NCBI GenBank assembly: GCA_033442325.1
Contig: JAWQFM010000018.1
Span: 1-64,000 of the forward strand
DNA length: 64,000 nt
From: Salpingoeca rosetta
Lineage: Eukaryota > Protista > Choanoflagellata
Reading direction: 5' to 3'
In this document: positions 28,230 through 54,768 of the stretch, piece by piece
How positions within the stretch are numbered: the stretch's first letter is position 1
Layout: the number at the start of each line of letters is the position of its first letter
Program-made: the position numbers and the translations under genes
The notes under the pieces: model-generated
What the model was told of the DNA's origin: nothing
The model's database searches: none
The model's input: only the letters and a program-made list of their open reading frames with translations

Positions 28230-29487
28230 GGCGCTGGTTGCTTGCTTGCTTGGTCTTGGTTCGAAGAAAGGCGGTGGCTGGTTAGTTGTGCTCTGGGGTT
28301 GGGGTGGCTGGGTTGCTGTGTGCGAGATTGATCCAATTGGCTTGCTTTGCTTGGTTGCTTGGCGTTGGCGTTGCGAGGAAAATGGATGCTGGTGGAGTGG
28401 AGAGGCGCACATCACAGTCAATCATCACATCACTGTTATTGCTTCGTTCCGCTGCTGCTTCCGCTTGCCTGCTGTTGCAGTTTGCGTCAGGGTTGTCGCG
28501 CTTGCATCAAAGGCAAGGCTGCCCCGAACTCGGCCGCGCCACACACAAAAAGAAAAGAGCAAACATCAGTGAAATGATATATCAATTTGATGGGATTTTA
28601 ACTAATGCCCACATTTCCGTGTGTCGCCGTGTCGCGGTTTCCTCGGTGGCCTGACTCTCTTCCCCTTCTTGCGCGCGCGCGCACAGCCACAACAGCACAG
28701 TTTTTGAGGTTTGTTTGGTTCACGCACAGCTACAGACGCACCAACTCGCATACAAGAACAAAACAACACAACACACAACACAGACACATAGACAGAAGAC
28801 ACCCTTTGGCAAGCAAGCTGTGTGACGTTTTGAAGTTGTTGTCTCAAGAAACCTGAAGCAGCAAGCACACAAGCAGAAGCAGACACAAAGAGCGAGTACC
28901 CCTCCCGAACAAGTCAGTAAGTACATAAAAGTCTCGCTTCCTGCCTTGTTTTGGTCCTCCTTCCTCCTGTTAAGGCATGGTGTGGCACCCAACGGCATTC
29001 ATCCGTCAGGGCAGGATACCATACAGTTGGGGAGACTGGGAGAGGAGGGGTTGAGGAACTCAGACCTCCAAACATCAACAGCGGCAGCGACCTTGTTGTC
29101 GCTCCACGCCACAACATCACAACCGTTTTTACTGATGGGCGACTGAACCTTGCCATTGCTTATTGCTTGCGACAACTGCGTCATCACACACCCTTGCCAA
29201 ACGTTGACATATGCACAAGGCAGCTGGGGCACCGTACGCGCGGTCGCGGCCAAGCAACGATCAAGGCATCAGCAACTTGGACGTAAACACGGCGGTACGA
29301 CGACATGTCTTCGCATGCATGCTTTAGGATGTTAGAAGCATGTGCTGTGTGCTGTGTGCCGTGTGCGTGTTTGGCTTGGTCAGCAAGCACAATACGCGAT
29401 AGGTTTGGTCGTGCGGGTGTGTGTGCCTGTTTGTTTGTGTGTGTGTGTGTGTTTGTGTGTGTTTGTGTGTTTGTGTTTGTGTATGTT

Positions 29488-29518
<31 letters not shown>

Positions 29519-29689
29519 CTATGTGTGCGTGCACACACAAGCAAAACGTGCTCGTCTCCAGAATACGTCGAGCTGCTAGTGCCCTTCTCCCGTCTTCATC
29601 ATGCGTAATCTTGCACTCACAACGCGCGTTCTGTTCTCTGCCGCACTCGGCTGACTCAGGCCTGCTTCCACTTCGAGCACACTCCGCGG

Positions 29690-33568
<3,879 letters not shown>

Positions 33569-34286
33569 CTGACTCCTCCTTCCTCTTCTAACCATCCTTT
33601 TTGCTTGTTAATATGTGTGTGTGTGTGAGGATTCCGTGTTTCTGTGTATGTCTCCCTGTACGTTTGCGCATGCGTGTGCGTGCGTGTGCGCGCGTGTGCG
33701 TGTGTGCGTGTGCGTGGCTCCTTTTGTTTCTGTATGTGGCTCTCTGTACGCGGTTGTGTATGTGTATGTGTGTATGTGTGGTATCGGTTTTGTTTCCCTC
33801 GCACAGTCTCAGTTGCTTTGTGCATGCGAGTGCATTCCACATGGGAAGCACCACAGCATGGTTTCCCGTGTCTCACTACTTTTACATTAATTCCTGCAGT
33901 GCTTTCTCTCTCCGCTCATTGACACAGACACACGTGCAGCTCGCGCACGTACTCGATCTGGCTATTTATTGTCACTCGTCTTCGTTCTGCTTGTGCGTGT
34001 GCACAGTTTGTCACGCAAGCCCATCGAGCAAAGTAATACACAACAACATGATACGTGCTTGGAGTGGATGTCATGAGCAGACTGTCTCGTGGCTGAATTC
34101 AATTGTTGAATGGTCTAATGTAGAGCTGTCGCCGGTGGCGTGCAACGACATGAACAAGCGCCAAACCGGCACGCACACAATCATACACTTGCAACAACAC
34201 TCGTACGCAGCCGTACGCACACAAAATCACTCGCAGCGCGCGCACACACTCTCACTCTCACTCACACACACTCTCTCTCACTCTCA

Positions 34287-34350
<64 letters not shown>

Positions 34351-34445
34351 CACACACACACACTCTCTCTGTTGTTTGAGAAGAACATGAGCAAACGTGA
34401 TCTTGGGTCAAGTACAGCGATGAACGCACATCTACTTACACAATG

Positions 34446-35652
34446 TCACTGTTCTTTCTGAAATATGGAGGACAGGTCCACGTGCTGTTTCACGAACGCG
34501 TCGTTGCAGATGGCTTCGAAGCAAGACGCATATCCGCAGATCCGCGACAAGAAACCGTCCAAACTCTTGCGCACTTTTGCCTCACGTTTGGCCTGCAGTT
34601 GAACACCCATACGTGCACAGCCATCGTGTCAATTTGACAGAGGCGACGGTGGTTCACATCAACATGCACGCGTCTACATACATACACACACATTGTTGCT
34701 CACCGTGGATGTGTACTTCTTGTTGAGGATATGTTTCGTGAGATACTCGATCCACAAGACATTGGTCCGTGGCAGAAACTGTGGCGGTGCAGAACAAGAC
34801 AAAAAAAAAGCATGAGCGTTGCGATGTGCGGGCCGTCATTCGGTACAAACAAGCAAGAATACAGAGGTGCACATTGCCATGTGCACGACTGCTCATTCAC
34901 TTCAAAACACAACCCAACCTAACCCAAAACACACACGTACACACACACACACACATACACAGGAATACACACACACACACACGTACACACACATATATAC
35001 ACACATGCACACACACGTACACACACACATACACACATGCACACGCACCTCGTGCCAGCCGGTGGTGACAAGCTCGCGCATGTCACGGTACACATCGAAT
35101 TGGATGTCGCCTTCGCCACAGAAGATGTCAGGATCATCAGCAAGGTCAAAGAAGGCAATACCCTCCCTGCTGCTGTGGTTGTTGTCGTCATTGTCGCGTG
35201 TGTCGTTGCTTGCGCTGGCTGTGGTGTTGCTGCCATGTGAGTCAGCATGGTGGCGGTGGTGTACATCGGCATCGAACGATGGCGGTGGAAGGAGCTGGCG
35301 CCTGTGAAGATCCAGCCGCGATCGGTCAATACGAGAGAGCGTAAAGTCGATGATTCTCGCCTCAAACCCGCCAGTCGGCACAAGCACTTCTTGCGACGCA
35401 TACATCATGCACACGTGCTTTGTCTTCGTTTGCCGAACAAGCACATTGCCAACATGCAAGTCTCTGGCAATGGTCATGCGTATTGTGGTGAATAGAGGTG
35501 CATGTGAGCACGCGATGGTGAAAGATTGCACGACAGTGCTGTCGCCCAATACCCCACTGCCACTGCAAGTGCATACAAAACGACACACACACATACACAC
35601 ACGACACGACACGACACGACACGACACGACACGACACGACACGACACGACAC

Positions 35653-35744
<92 letters not shown>

Positions 35745-36252
35745 GGTGCTCAAACTGAAGCGCACGCTCCGTCAGGCCCACGCTGACCAGGACTTGCAGC
35801 AGGACAAACTGTGGTTTGGAGGCAAAATTCATTAGGCACAATGTCAAATCCATGTGAGATTTGGAAGCAGCTCAACAACTTGCTGACACACACACACACA
35901 CACACTCTCTCTCTCTCATGCACACACACATACCCATACGCACACACACGTACACACACAAATTACGCGTGCATTGCCATAGCGTAAGTGTAGCTCCCCC
36001 CACACGAGTTCGCGCATGGGAGGTGCAGGAGGGGATGTGAGCGCCACCAAAAGTACGCACGAGAAAGTCACGAATGGAGTTGGCCTTGTTCTCTCCCATG
36101 CCGGCCCTGTGCCACCTCGGCCCAAGCTCCCCTTCATCAGGCACACACACACATACAGAGTGAGGAATGCACGTGCATATTAAAGATCCATCGCTGTGAC
36201 TTTACATCTTCTGACACAACCAACGCTCGAAAAACAGCCATGCACCGCCGTG

Positions 36253-36349
<97 letters not shown>

Positions 36350-36382
36350 CACGACACGACACGACACGACACGACACGACAC

Positions 36383-36474
<92 letters not shown>

Positions 36475-38384
36475 GGTGCTCAAACTGAAGCGCACGCTCC
36501 GTCAGGCCCACGCTGACCAGGACTTGCAGCAGGACAAACTGTGGTTTGGAGGCAAATTCATTAGGCACAATGTCAAATCCATGTGAGATTTGGAAGCAGC
36601 TCAACAACTTGCTGACACACACACACACACACACTCTCTCTCTCTCATGCACACACACATACCCATACGCACACACACGTACACACACAAATTACGCGTG
36701 CATTGCCATAGCGTAAGTGTAGCTCCACGCGAGTTCGCGGAGCGTCACACCTGTGCTTGGTGCAGAGACGTGAACTTGAAGTGTTCCAGGCTCTTGCCGC
36801 CATTTTCAAAAGCAAAGCAGAGATGTAACTGCTCCGCGGGGAACACATCGGGACGCTCGTTCTCACATTCGCCGTTTTCTGCGGGAACGATGAGTGATTG
36901 CATGGACAAGTGCACGACGTTGGCATATCAGCATATGTCCGCTGCAACCACAACTCATGCACGCACATACGCACATACACCCATACACACAAACGCACAT
37001 ACACGTACACATGCACACAAATGCACACACATGCACACAAATGCACACACATGCACACAAATGCACACACACACATACACACTATGTTCCCCACGCCCCA
37101 AGACACAAACGTACTGTCATTGGCAAGGAAGCAATCCCACTGGTCAAGGAGCGGTGCTGGCATTTGTCCTTGGCATAGACTCAGCTTGTGCGTGCGAATA
37201 AACGTCGGGATCTGCAAGGCAACTTCCTCTGGATTCTCCCGTGTCGTCAGCCCTTCGCTCACAGCTGACAGGAGGAGCGTGCATGCAATCTCAGACACCA
37301 TCTCATGTGTGCGCTTCGGCAGCCCTCCGTTGATCTCGGTCTCCCCATCCACGGGCATCAGCTTGAATGCGACACCATGAGATGCAGCATCGTGCCACTC
37401 GTGCTGGCACTTCTCGCTCGCTGCCGCCAATGTTGCGGGCGTGAGCGCGAACACCTCTCCATAGGAGCCTTCGCCCACCTTGATGCACGCGGCCAAGGCA
37501 TCGTCACCACCGAATGCATCCACGAATGTGCATGGGGTCGGCTGGTGGCACAACTCAAGAATATCGGATACCGCGACGCTTGTGCGATCTTGTTCATGGT
37601 TTTGCTGCTCGCTTGCGTCCTCAACATCACTGGCCTCCATCTTGCAGTCTTCGTCATTCTCCTGCTCGCTGTGTTTCTTCTCGGACGCCGCCTCAGTACA
37701 ATCGTGGCTGGCGCTGCTGTTGCTGCTGTAGGTGCTAATGACACTGGCGTCGCTGTTGGTGGCAATGCACTCTTCATCATTGCTGTCAGCGAAAAGTTCT
37801 GCAGAAGCGTCAAGCGGTACATCGCTCTCTGTCATGGATACGTCAACGCTTGCTTGCATCTCCACGCTGTCTTCTTGTGCATCAGCAATCCCTTCACCGC
37901 TGTCCTCCGCCGTGTCTGTCTCTTCCTCCTCTTCTTCTTGACTGAGAAGTTCCCATTCCTCCTCCTTGTCCCCATCCCTGTCCGTCTCCTTCTCAACTTC
38001 CGTTTCTTCCTCGACAGTCACGTCTTCACTTTCCTCCACCACTTCCTCCATTTGCTCTTCCGTCTCGGTGCTGCTAAGCACAAGTGCACTCATTTCAGAG
38101 GTTGGAGCTTCCAGGTCTGCATCGCCTTGCGCAATTGAAGAATGTGCGTGTGCATCAGCAGTTTCTTCCATGCTGCCCGTCTCCGTCGTCTCCGTCACTG
38201 TGTCTTCCACGTGAGCACGGGCTTCTGTCATGCCGTTGCTGCCATCGCCCCTTTTGCGGTCAACACTACAGTCGTGCTGTTCTTCGCTGCCCGCGCATGT
38301 GCGCGCATCCGTTCGTTCGCTTAATTTGCCATGCCCCTCATTAACCTTCTTGCTCATCGTGGCAGCCACTGGCACAGTTGCTGC

Positions 38385-38421
<37 letters not shown>

Positions 38422-39713
38422 CTCGTTGTCGTCGTTGTCGTCGTCACCGCCTCACCGTCAAGCAATGACACCTCGGGTGAGTCCAGCATGCCCAAACGTC
38501 GCAGCAGTCCAATCTCAGGCCGCCGCCGTTCTTGTTGCTGTTGCAGCTTGGCTGCTGTTGTGTGACCCGAAGCAGCAGTGTGATGGTGACTGCGCCTGTG
38601 GCGGTGCTGCTGGTTTCGCTTGGCCGTGAGATCGTGAGTGCGATGGCAGTGACTTGATGTGCGCTGGGCCATGTGGCAATCGCTGTGGTTGTGGCTGTGG
38701 TTGTGGCTGTGTCGTGCCGTATTGGGCACATGTTTGCTGCCTGTTTGTTTGGCTTCTGCTGCTCCGCTTGGAGCGGTGCGCGCACCTTTGCCAGTCTCTC
38801 GCGAGTGCACGCGCGAGTGACGGGAGAACGCCATCGGTCGCTGTCGCCTCTGCTGATGCGCATGCGCACCAGTGCGATACACTTGCTCCTCTACACAGCG
38901 CTCCTTCTGTTGCTGCTGCTGTCGATGCTGCTGCTGCTGCTGCTGCTGTCGATGCTGCTGCTGCTGCTGCATGGAAGGACTGTGTTCGTTTCGCTGCTGG
39001 TCCTCCCCTTTGTGTCGGGGTGGCTGCGGCTGCGGAGAGGGTGTCTTGAGCGAAGCATCGAACATGGCCACCAAGTCAGCGGCCTCTGCTCCCGTCATTG
39101 CAGATGCAGTGCGGTTGAAAGCAACGCGTTTTGGTTTTGAGCGGCGCTGATGCTGGGCCTGTCCGCACAGCTGCAGTGACGGGTGCTTGCGGTGTTCGTG
39201 GTTGTTGCTGCTGTTGCTGTTGCTGGTGGAGGTGGTGGTGTCACGTGCAGGGGTGGTGCGGTGGTGCTGGTCTGATGCCTTCAAGTCCACTGCACCTGGG
39301 TCAGCAAACCTCTTTCGATCACTCACATGAAGTGGTTTGCGAGTGCTGCTGTTGGTGGTGGTGGTGGTGGTGGTGGTGCCACTGCTATCTGTGTTTTTTG
39401 GCTGAGAGCGCTTGTGGGAGCAAGGCGACGGCTCTGTTAATGTCGGTGCTGTGGATGTTTCAGTGCCTGTGGACTCTTCGCTCTCCCGTCTGCTGCCACC
39501 GCCGCTTGTTCGCATTGAGCGGGCAATGGCACGAAGTGCTGCGGACACTTTGCCTGACAAGCAAGCACAGTAACAAGTGTGTTGTGGGGGTTGTGTTTGC
39601 ATGCAGGTTTTTGTGTGAGGTTTGAGTGCTCATACGTGCGCGCAGGCATTTTTTGCGATGACTGGATAAGGGCAGAATCAACAATCAACGCTCGGTTTGA
39701 GGCAGTGCTCACG

Positions 39714-39784
<71 letters not shown>

Positions 39785-40140
39785 AATGCCAGCCTCAGAC
39801 CTGGCTCGATTGAGGCGTTGGTGTTCTTTTCCTGAGATCGCCGCTTGGTTGTCCCCGCGCATGTCCTGAGGGATCGCAGTGGCCTGTTCTGTGGTTGCTG
39901 TCCCTCAACATCACGGTGCTGTTCTGTGGGTTGCTTTTGCGGCCCACCACGTTCTTTCCTTGCGCGTGCTGCAGCCTTCCACGGTGCCAACTCTGTTAAC
40001 AGCGCAACGACAAAGCAGATTGAGCAGTGAGGCTGCAGCTTGTGCTTACTTTGACGCAGCACAACCCAAGCATGCGAGTGCACAACTACGTGACGAACTC
40101 ACACACACACACAGACGGACACAGATGGACGCACACACAC

Positions 40141-40207
<67 letters not shown>

Positions 40208-40491
40208 ATCACACACACACAATCACACACACACAATCACACACACACACACACACCTCGGCTTGGTCCGGAGACGTTGGTGTTGACAGTTCCGAGAGGC
40301 ACTCGTCGGGGCGCCTTGTCCTTGCTGCTGCTGCCGCTGCAAATGTCAGTTGCTGCATTCTTCGCGGTGCCATCTTTGTTGTTGTGCTGTCGTCGACGCT
40401 GGCGTCTGCCCAGCAGCGCTGCGTCAAAGCGAGGCTGCCTCGTCGATGTCGTGGCCGTCGTCGCCGTCGTGCTCGCTACTCTGTCCTCCAT
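34446..40491 (-). CDS. HASPIN: Haspin (histone H3T3 kinase) with a very long disordered N-terminus
   Basis: [67 protein letters not shown] and [11 protein letters not shown] are haspin-specific. The start at 40491 is inferred. Stop at 34446. Confidence 0.92.
35590..36740. repeat. Local direct duplication (offset 730 bp) containing a 65-nt Haspin exon
   Basis: Exon copies at 35744-35808 and 36474-36538 are identical. The flanking intron and (ACACG)n/(CA)n tracts are also duplicated. Confidence 0.95.
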
Positions 40492-40808
40492 CGTGTGTTG
40501 TTGTGATATTTGAATTTGGCGGATTGCTGACCAGCTGTCAATTGTGACAGCCCCAGCAACCGACTGCCTTTCACCAAAATCTTCATGCATCTTTCTGCGG
40601 CACGATTTGTTTGGGTTGAATGCGCTGCCAACCGACCAACCGGAGCTGAGCCGTCAGAGAGCCAAGCAAGCAAGCAAGAAGCCAGCACTTGCCTCCCACC
40701 ACACACACACGACGATCCCTTGGCTGTGTGACGTGACTGGCGACACCCAGGCGTGTGTACGGGTCTTGGTGATTAGCGTAGGTGTGCAGGTGTCCTCGCG
40801 AGAAGAAC

Positions 40809-45436
<4,628 letters not shown>

Positions 45437-45510
45437 CACAGCATGACACGACATGTGAAGACACAGCCTGCTGTTCCGTTACACTATTGTCGACTCGCCA
45501 CCGTACTGTA

Positions 45511-45605
<95 letters not shown>

Positions 45606-45624
45606 AAAGTGCGTTTGTGTACGT

Positions 45625-45661
<37 letters not shown>

Positions 45662-45789
45662 GTGTGTGTGTGCGCACAAACGCCCCAAAATCGGTTGACG
45701 TGGTCGACGCATCGCACCCCAACAACAACTCACATCCACACCACCACCACTTGATCGCCGCCACCACCGCCACCACCTCGCTGACCGAC

Positions 45790-49474
<3,685 letters not shown>

Positions 49475-49748
49475 CGTCGTTGTTGTTGTTGTCTTTCGCC
49501 CTTGCCAGCGGATTGGATTTGGAAAATTCGCTACTACATCGTAAATTTTCATAATCCGAGTCGCGCACGCAATCCGCCAGACACACACGCAACAAGAACA
49601 AGACACAACAAACAAACACGACGAACAGACGCTCGCACGCCTCCTGCTGTTGTGTTTGGAGCCCTCTTCCCGTCTTCCCGTCTTCCCGTCTTCCCGTCTT
49701 CCCCTCCTCATCCATACAACTACACTCATTGACCCCTCCCCCCCCACA

Positions 49749-50263
49749 ATGTTGTTGACGTTGTTGGGGATGCTGGCGAACATGGTTCGCGCCCTACACA
49801 CCAAAACCGTGCGCGTGTCACACCGCTTGACCTGCATCTCAGACGGCACGGAGCGGCCCCTGGTTGGAAAGAGCACATGCTTCCACCGCCTCGACGTGGC
49901 CACGTTGCACTGGCATGGAAACCTGGCGGCCATTCGTAGCTCCCGACCACAGCCGTTTGGCAACACAGGCTCTGGGCAGCCCCGACACCAGCCGGAAGCG
50001 TTCTCGCCAGTGTCGTCCCCGTCCTCGCCGCTGTCCTCGTCCTCGCCAGCTTCCCCGTCATCGTTTTCTCCGACTTCTTCGTCTGCAGAGTCGCCAGCTG
50101 AGCCGTCCTCCCCGACTTGGTCGTCCGCCCAGCACATGACGTTCCACCCCGTGCCCACACCCCTGTTGCCGCGACGGACCTACGCCGACGCCGCGCGAAA
50201 CGGCCGTGCTCAGAACGGCCATGCGACTGCGACGCACTCCGGCGTTGTCGGCAAGCCCGAGAA

Positions 50264-50298
<35 letters not shown>

Positions 50299-50948
50299 TT
50301 CAGCAGATACCGCCATACGGGACGGCGACTGCGTTCACGCCATATGCTGGTAGTCGCGGTGCTGGCGGCGATGGGGACGATGGGCACGTGCTGGTTGGCT
50401 TCTGCCAGGTGACGCAGGAACTGGGTGCGGACAGCGTTCCGTCCCGGGCCTGGGGTGTGTGCTTCACTGCACGCGCGTCAGCTCTCAACCTGGTGTTTGC
50501 CGTCATCGTGCACGTGGACGAGAGCCACCTGCAGGCTTACCGGCGCCAGAAGCAGCGCGAGGTGCAGCAGGAGCTGGCGCGGCTGCAGCGAACGCCAGGC
50601 CGCAGACGCAGCAGCGCACGCACACGCCGACAGCCGTTATCGGGGCGCACGCGCACAAGCGTCGGCAGCATTGGGAACGAGGCCAGGACTCGGAACACAG
50701 AGGGCACCATCGCATATGTGGCGTACTTCCGGCCCACGACGGAGTTTGACTCGTATTGCCTGCGGTTCAGCGACTTTACTGCAAACCAGCGCGGGCGCCA
50801 CTTGCCGGATGCGCCGGCGCTCAAGGCGTCTGCAATCACGCGCATTGGGTTCTCCATCACGCGCAGCACACAGACAATTGAGGCGGAGGAAGGCGACGTC
50901 ACGCCCTTCGACCTCTACATGAAACCAGCGTGGCACTTTGTCATCTAA
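49749..50948 (+). CDS. Intronless CIA30 (NDUFAF1-like) domain protein with low-complexity insertions
   Basis: C-terminal YVAYF....SYCLRFSDF..NQRGRHLPDAPAL....ITRIGFSI...PFDLY matches the CIA30 signature. N-terminal ISDG....GKS and an internal GFCQV correspond to the earlier strands. Hydrophobic N-terminus. Confidence 0.65.
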
Positions 50949-51219
50949 CGTAATCAGGCTGCTTGCTCTTGTTTATGTGTGCGTGTGTATGCGTGTGCGT
51001 GTGTGTGCGTGTGCGGTTGTTTGTGTGTGCGGTTGTTTGTGTGTGCGGTTGTTTGTGTCGATCACAAGGCCACCCACCACCTCGCAACAGAAGCTCGTTT
51101 GGATGTTGTTTTGCCAACTGTCCTTGGTTGGTAAATTGCAATACACCCATAACCACTAATGGCAACGCCAATTTTACCCAACAACAACAAAACGAGGAGG
51201 AAGAGGAAGACTTGTCGCC

Positions 51220-51719
51220 ATGGTGGGTGTGGGATGTGATGGTGGACGGAGTGTGTGTCTGTTTGCCTGTAATGGCTGTGTGTCTGTCTGTCTGTGTGCG
51301 TGTGTATGAGAGAGAGAGAGAGAGAGAGAGTGTGTGTGTGTGTGTGTGTGTGCGTGTGTGTGTGTGAGTGGCTGTCTGTCTGTCAAGGTCGAACAGGGAT
51401 GTCACATGATGCGGTTGCATTACTTTGCCCGTGTTCTGAGAAACGTCTCCCTCTGGCGTGGATGGAATGTGAACAGTTCCACAACACCATCCCGTGCGTG
51501 CGTGCGTGCGTGCGTGCGTGGTTTCTTCCGCGTCATTAAGACTACCAACTCTGTTGCTTGCTCACTGCGTTGTTGTGTTGTGTTGCCTCCCCCCCCCACA
51601 CCCGCTTGGCCTGTCCTGTGATTGCTTCAGGGTCTCTTGTCTATGCTTCGTAAGTTCAAGTCTGCCCCTCAGAAGGAGGTGCGCATGCTTGTTCTTGGAC
51701 TCGACAACGCAGGTACGTG

Positions 51720-51816
<97 letters not shown>

Positions 51817-52775
51817 ATCCGCTTGTGCTTTCGTGGAGTGTTTCAACGTCCCTCGTTCTCTCTCTCTCTCTGTCTCTGTCTGTCTCTCTGTCTGTCTGTC
51901 TCTCTGTCTCTGTGTCTCTCTCTGTCCCTGTCCCCTTTCCCTCCTCTCGTCCCCTATTCTCTGTTTTCTCCATCCATCGCGCGCGCTGTGTCCTGGTATT
52001 CCACACTCACTGATGGGTTGTTGTGCCTGACTCCACAGGAAAGACCACCATCCTGAAGAAGCTTGCAGATGAAGACCTGAAGAACATCACCCCAACCCAA
52101 GTGCGTTTGTCACCCGGAGTGCACCAACGCGCGCTTGTGCATTAGCATGCATGCTTTGACGCACGTCATGTCTTGCTTTCAACGCTGAAATTTGGTGGCA
52201 CAACCCTCCACTCTGTTGGCACAACCCTCCTGTGCGATACAATGCACCGCATCGCTCAACGCTTTTGCTATCATGGGGTCGCTGTCAGGGCTTCAACATC
52301 AAGTCTGTGCAGTCGAGCGGATTCAAGCTCAACATGTGGGATATTGGCGGTCAGCGGCAAATCAGGAAATACTGGCACCATTACTTTGACGACACCGACG
52401 TGCTGGTGCGTGCATATGTGTGTGCGCGCGCGCGTGTGTGTATATGTGCAATATGTGCTTGTGAGTGAGTGTGTGCGTGTGTGCGTATGTGTATCGTTCT
52501 GTCTATCTGTGTGTGCGCACGCGTGTGTGTTTGTATATATCTCTCTCGCTCTCTGTCTGCGTGCGCAAGATTTTCGTTGCGAAGCGTCCTAGTGTCCTCA
52601 CTTTGCCATTTCTGCTGCGTTCAGATTTACGTCATCGACTCGGCCGACCAGAAGCGCTTTGAGGAGACGGGCGACGTAAGTGGAACACCATGCACGCGTT
52701 GCTCTCCGTCGTTGCATGTGTATCCATGTGTGTGTGTATGAGTGAGAGAGTGTGTGTATGAGAGAGAGAGAGAGA

Positions 52776-52806
<31 letters not shown>

Positions 52807-53316
52807 TGTGTGTGTGTGTGAACCTGTAAGTGCGTATTTTCTCTTTTTCTGCACAGCTTTGCCTCTTGTGATCACGCACGCACGCACACACACACACACA
52901 CACACTGTACACTGTGTAATCCCTCCTCATCTCATCCCTGCTTCTTCCCACCCCTGACATTGTGCGGCCCACATGTGTGTGTGTGTGTGTGCGTGCGTGT
53001 GCAGGAGTTGGCTGAGCTGCTTGAGGAGGCGAAGCTGCAGGGTGTGCCTGTTCTCATCTTCGCAAACAAACAGGACCTGGCCACCGCCGCAAAGGCCTCA
53101 GATGTACGAGCACAGGCGTGTGTGTGTGTGTGTGTGTATAATCAGAAGCACGGCGAGACATTGAGACACACAGACACAGACACAGACACAGCAGACACAC
53201 AGACACACACATGCGCACACAGACACAGGCACACATGATCATCATCAAACTGCAAAGCAGCAGCCTGGAACACCTCGGCCACGTGCTTGCATGCATCGCT
53301 GATCCATCTCTTTCCC

Positions 53317-53374
<58 letters not shown>

Positions 53375-53582
53375 TCCCTCACTCACCCTGCCTCTCTCTT
53401 TTCATCCCAACCCCCCCCCCCCGTCCAACACGCGTGTACAGATTGCGACTGGGCTGAACCTGCACACGATCCGGGACCGTGCGTGGCAGATACAGCCGTG
53501 CAGCGCTCTCAACGGTGAAGGCGTCAAGGATGGGCTCGACTGGGTGCTCAAGCACATTGGGAAGAAGGGCAAGAAGAAGTAA
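51220..53582 (+). CDS. ARL3: ADP-ribosylation factor-like 3 (ciliary GTPase), 7 coding exons
   Basis: M|[86 protein letters not shown]. Exons at 51220-51222, 51631-51712, 52039-52100, 52289-52405, 52625-52675, 53005-53103 and 53442-53582. Confidence 0.96.
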
Positions 53583-54027
53583 CTCGCCGCTTGTCCCTGA
53601 TGTTATGATGTACACGTGGTGGCGGTGGTTGTTGGTGTGGCTGAGGCAATGCTTGTTGGGAAGTGTCTGCGTTGTCGTGAACGTGGAAGCTGTTGTTATG
53701 GCACAAGGTTTTGGATGGCGGTTGTGGCGGTTGCGTGAGAATTTGTCACACTTGATGTCACGGAAGTCGGGGTTCATTCTTTGTCTGGCTGCTGTGTGTG
53801 TGCAGGTGTGTTCATGTGTGTGTGTGTTATGTGCGCGCGCGTGTGTGTGTGTGTGTGTTCATGTGTGTGTGTGTTTGTGTTGCTTGACCCGACCAAGCGT
53901 GTTAACAATGTGCCTTCAACCGTGAGAGTGGCTATGCCCTTGCCTGCTCTCGTTTTCACATACAATGCATTTATGGCCATTTGCGCTCCTCAACGGCAAC
54001 CTCGCAACTATGTTACAGGCAGCCTCG

Positions 54028-54119
<92 letters not shown>

Positions 54120-54126
54120 ACACACA

Positions 54127-54725
54127 TCAGTCGGGCGCGTGTGTGGCGGCGATGATGGTGCTGAAGTATGCGTTTGGACTCGCAAATCCTGTGGGAATGG
54201 TCACATCATCAGGCAACAAAGGTGGTGGTGGTGAAGGCTGAACGTGAGCGTGCAAACAAATATGCGTATGTGTGTATGTGTGTGTCACAAGCGAGTTGCA
54301 TCATCATGACGTGTCACCAGCAGCGTTGGCCTCTGCCAGGCAACGGATAACAATCAGACCATCACCTTGTGAGCAATCCAACTGGGATTCAACTCCATTC
54401 GCGCTGCTGTTGTCAACAACATCCTGAGCATCCGTATCAGCATCGTCACCACCATCGTCGTCATATGTGATGCTGCGCTTTGCTCGCTTCGCATCAGTGG
54501 CAGCAACACGTCTTGCGCGAAGACAGCGCATGTGTTCACGGCAGAAGCGACCGCACGCTGCCTGTAAGCAAACCAACATGCAGCCCGATGGCAGAGAGCA
54601 TGGTTGAGAACTGGCGCGACAATACACCATGTAGTGAGTGAGCGCGTGAGAGGGAGAGAGCAAAACAAACAGACAGACAGACAAACAGACACACAGACAC
54701 AGACACAGACCCAGACAGACAGACA

Positions 54726-54768
<43 letters not shown>

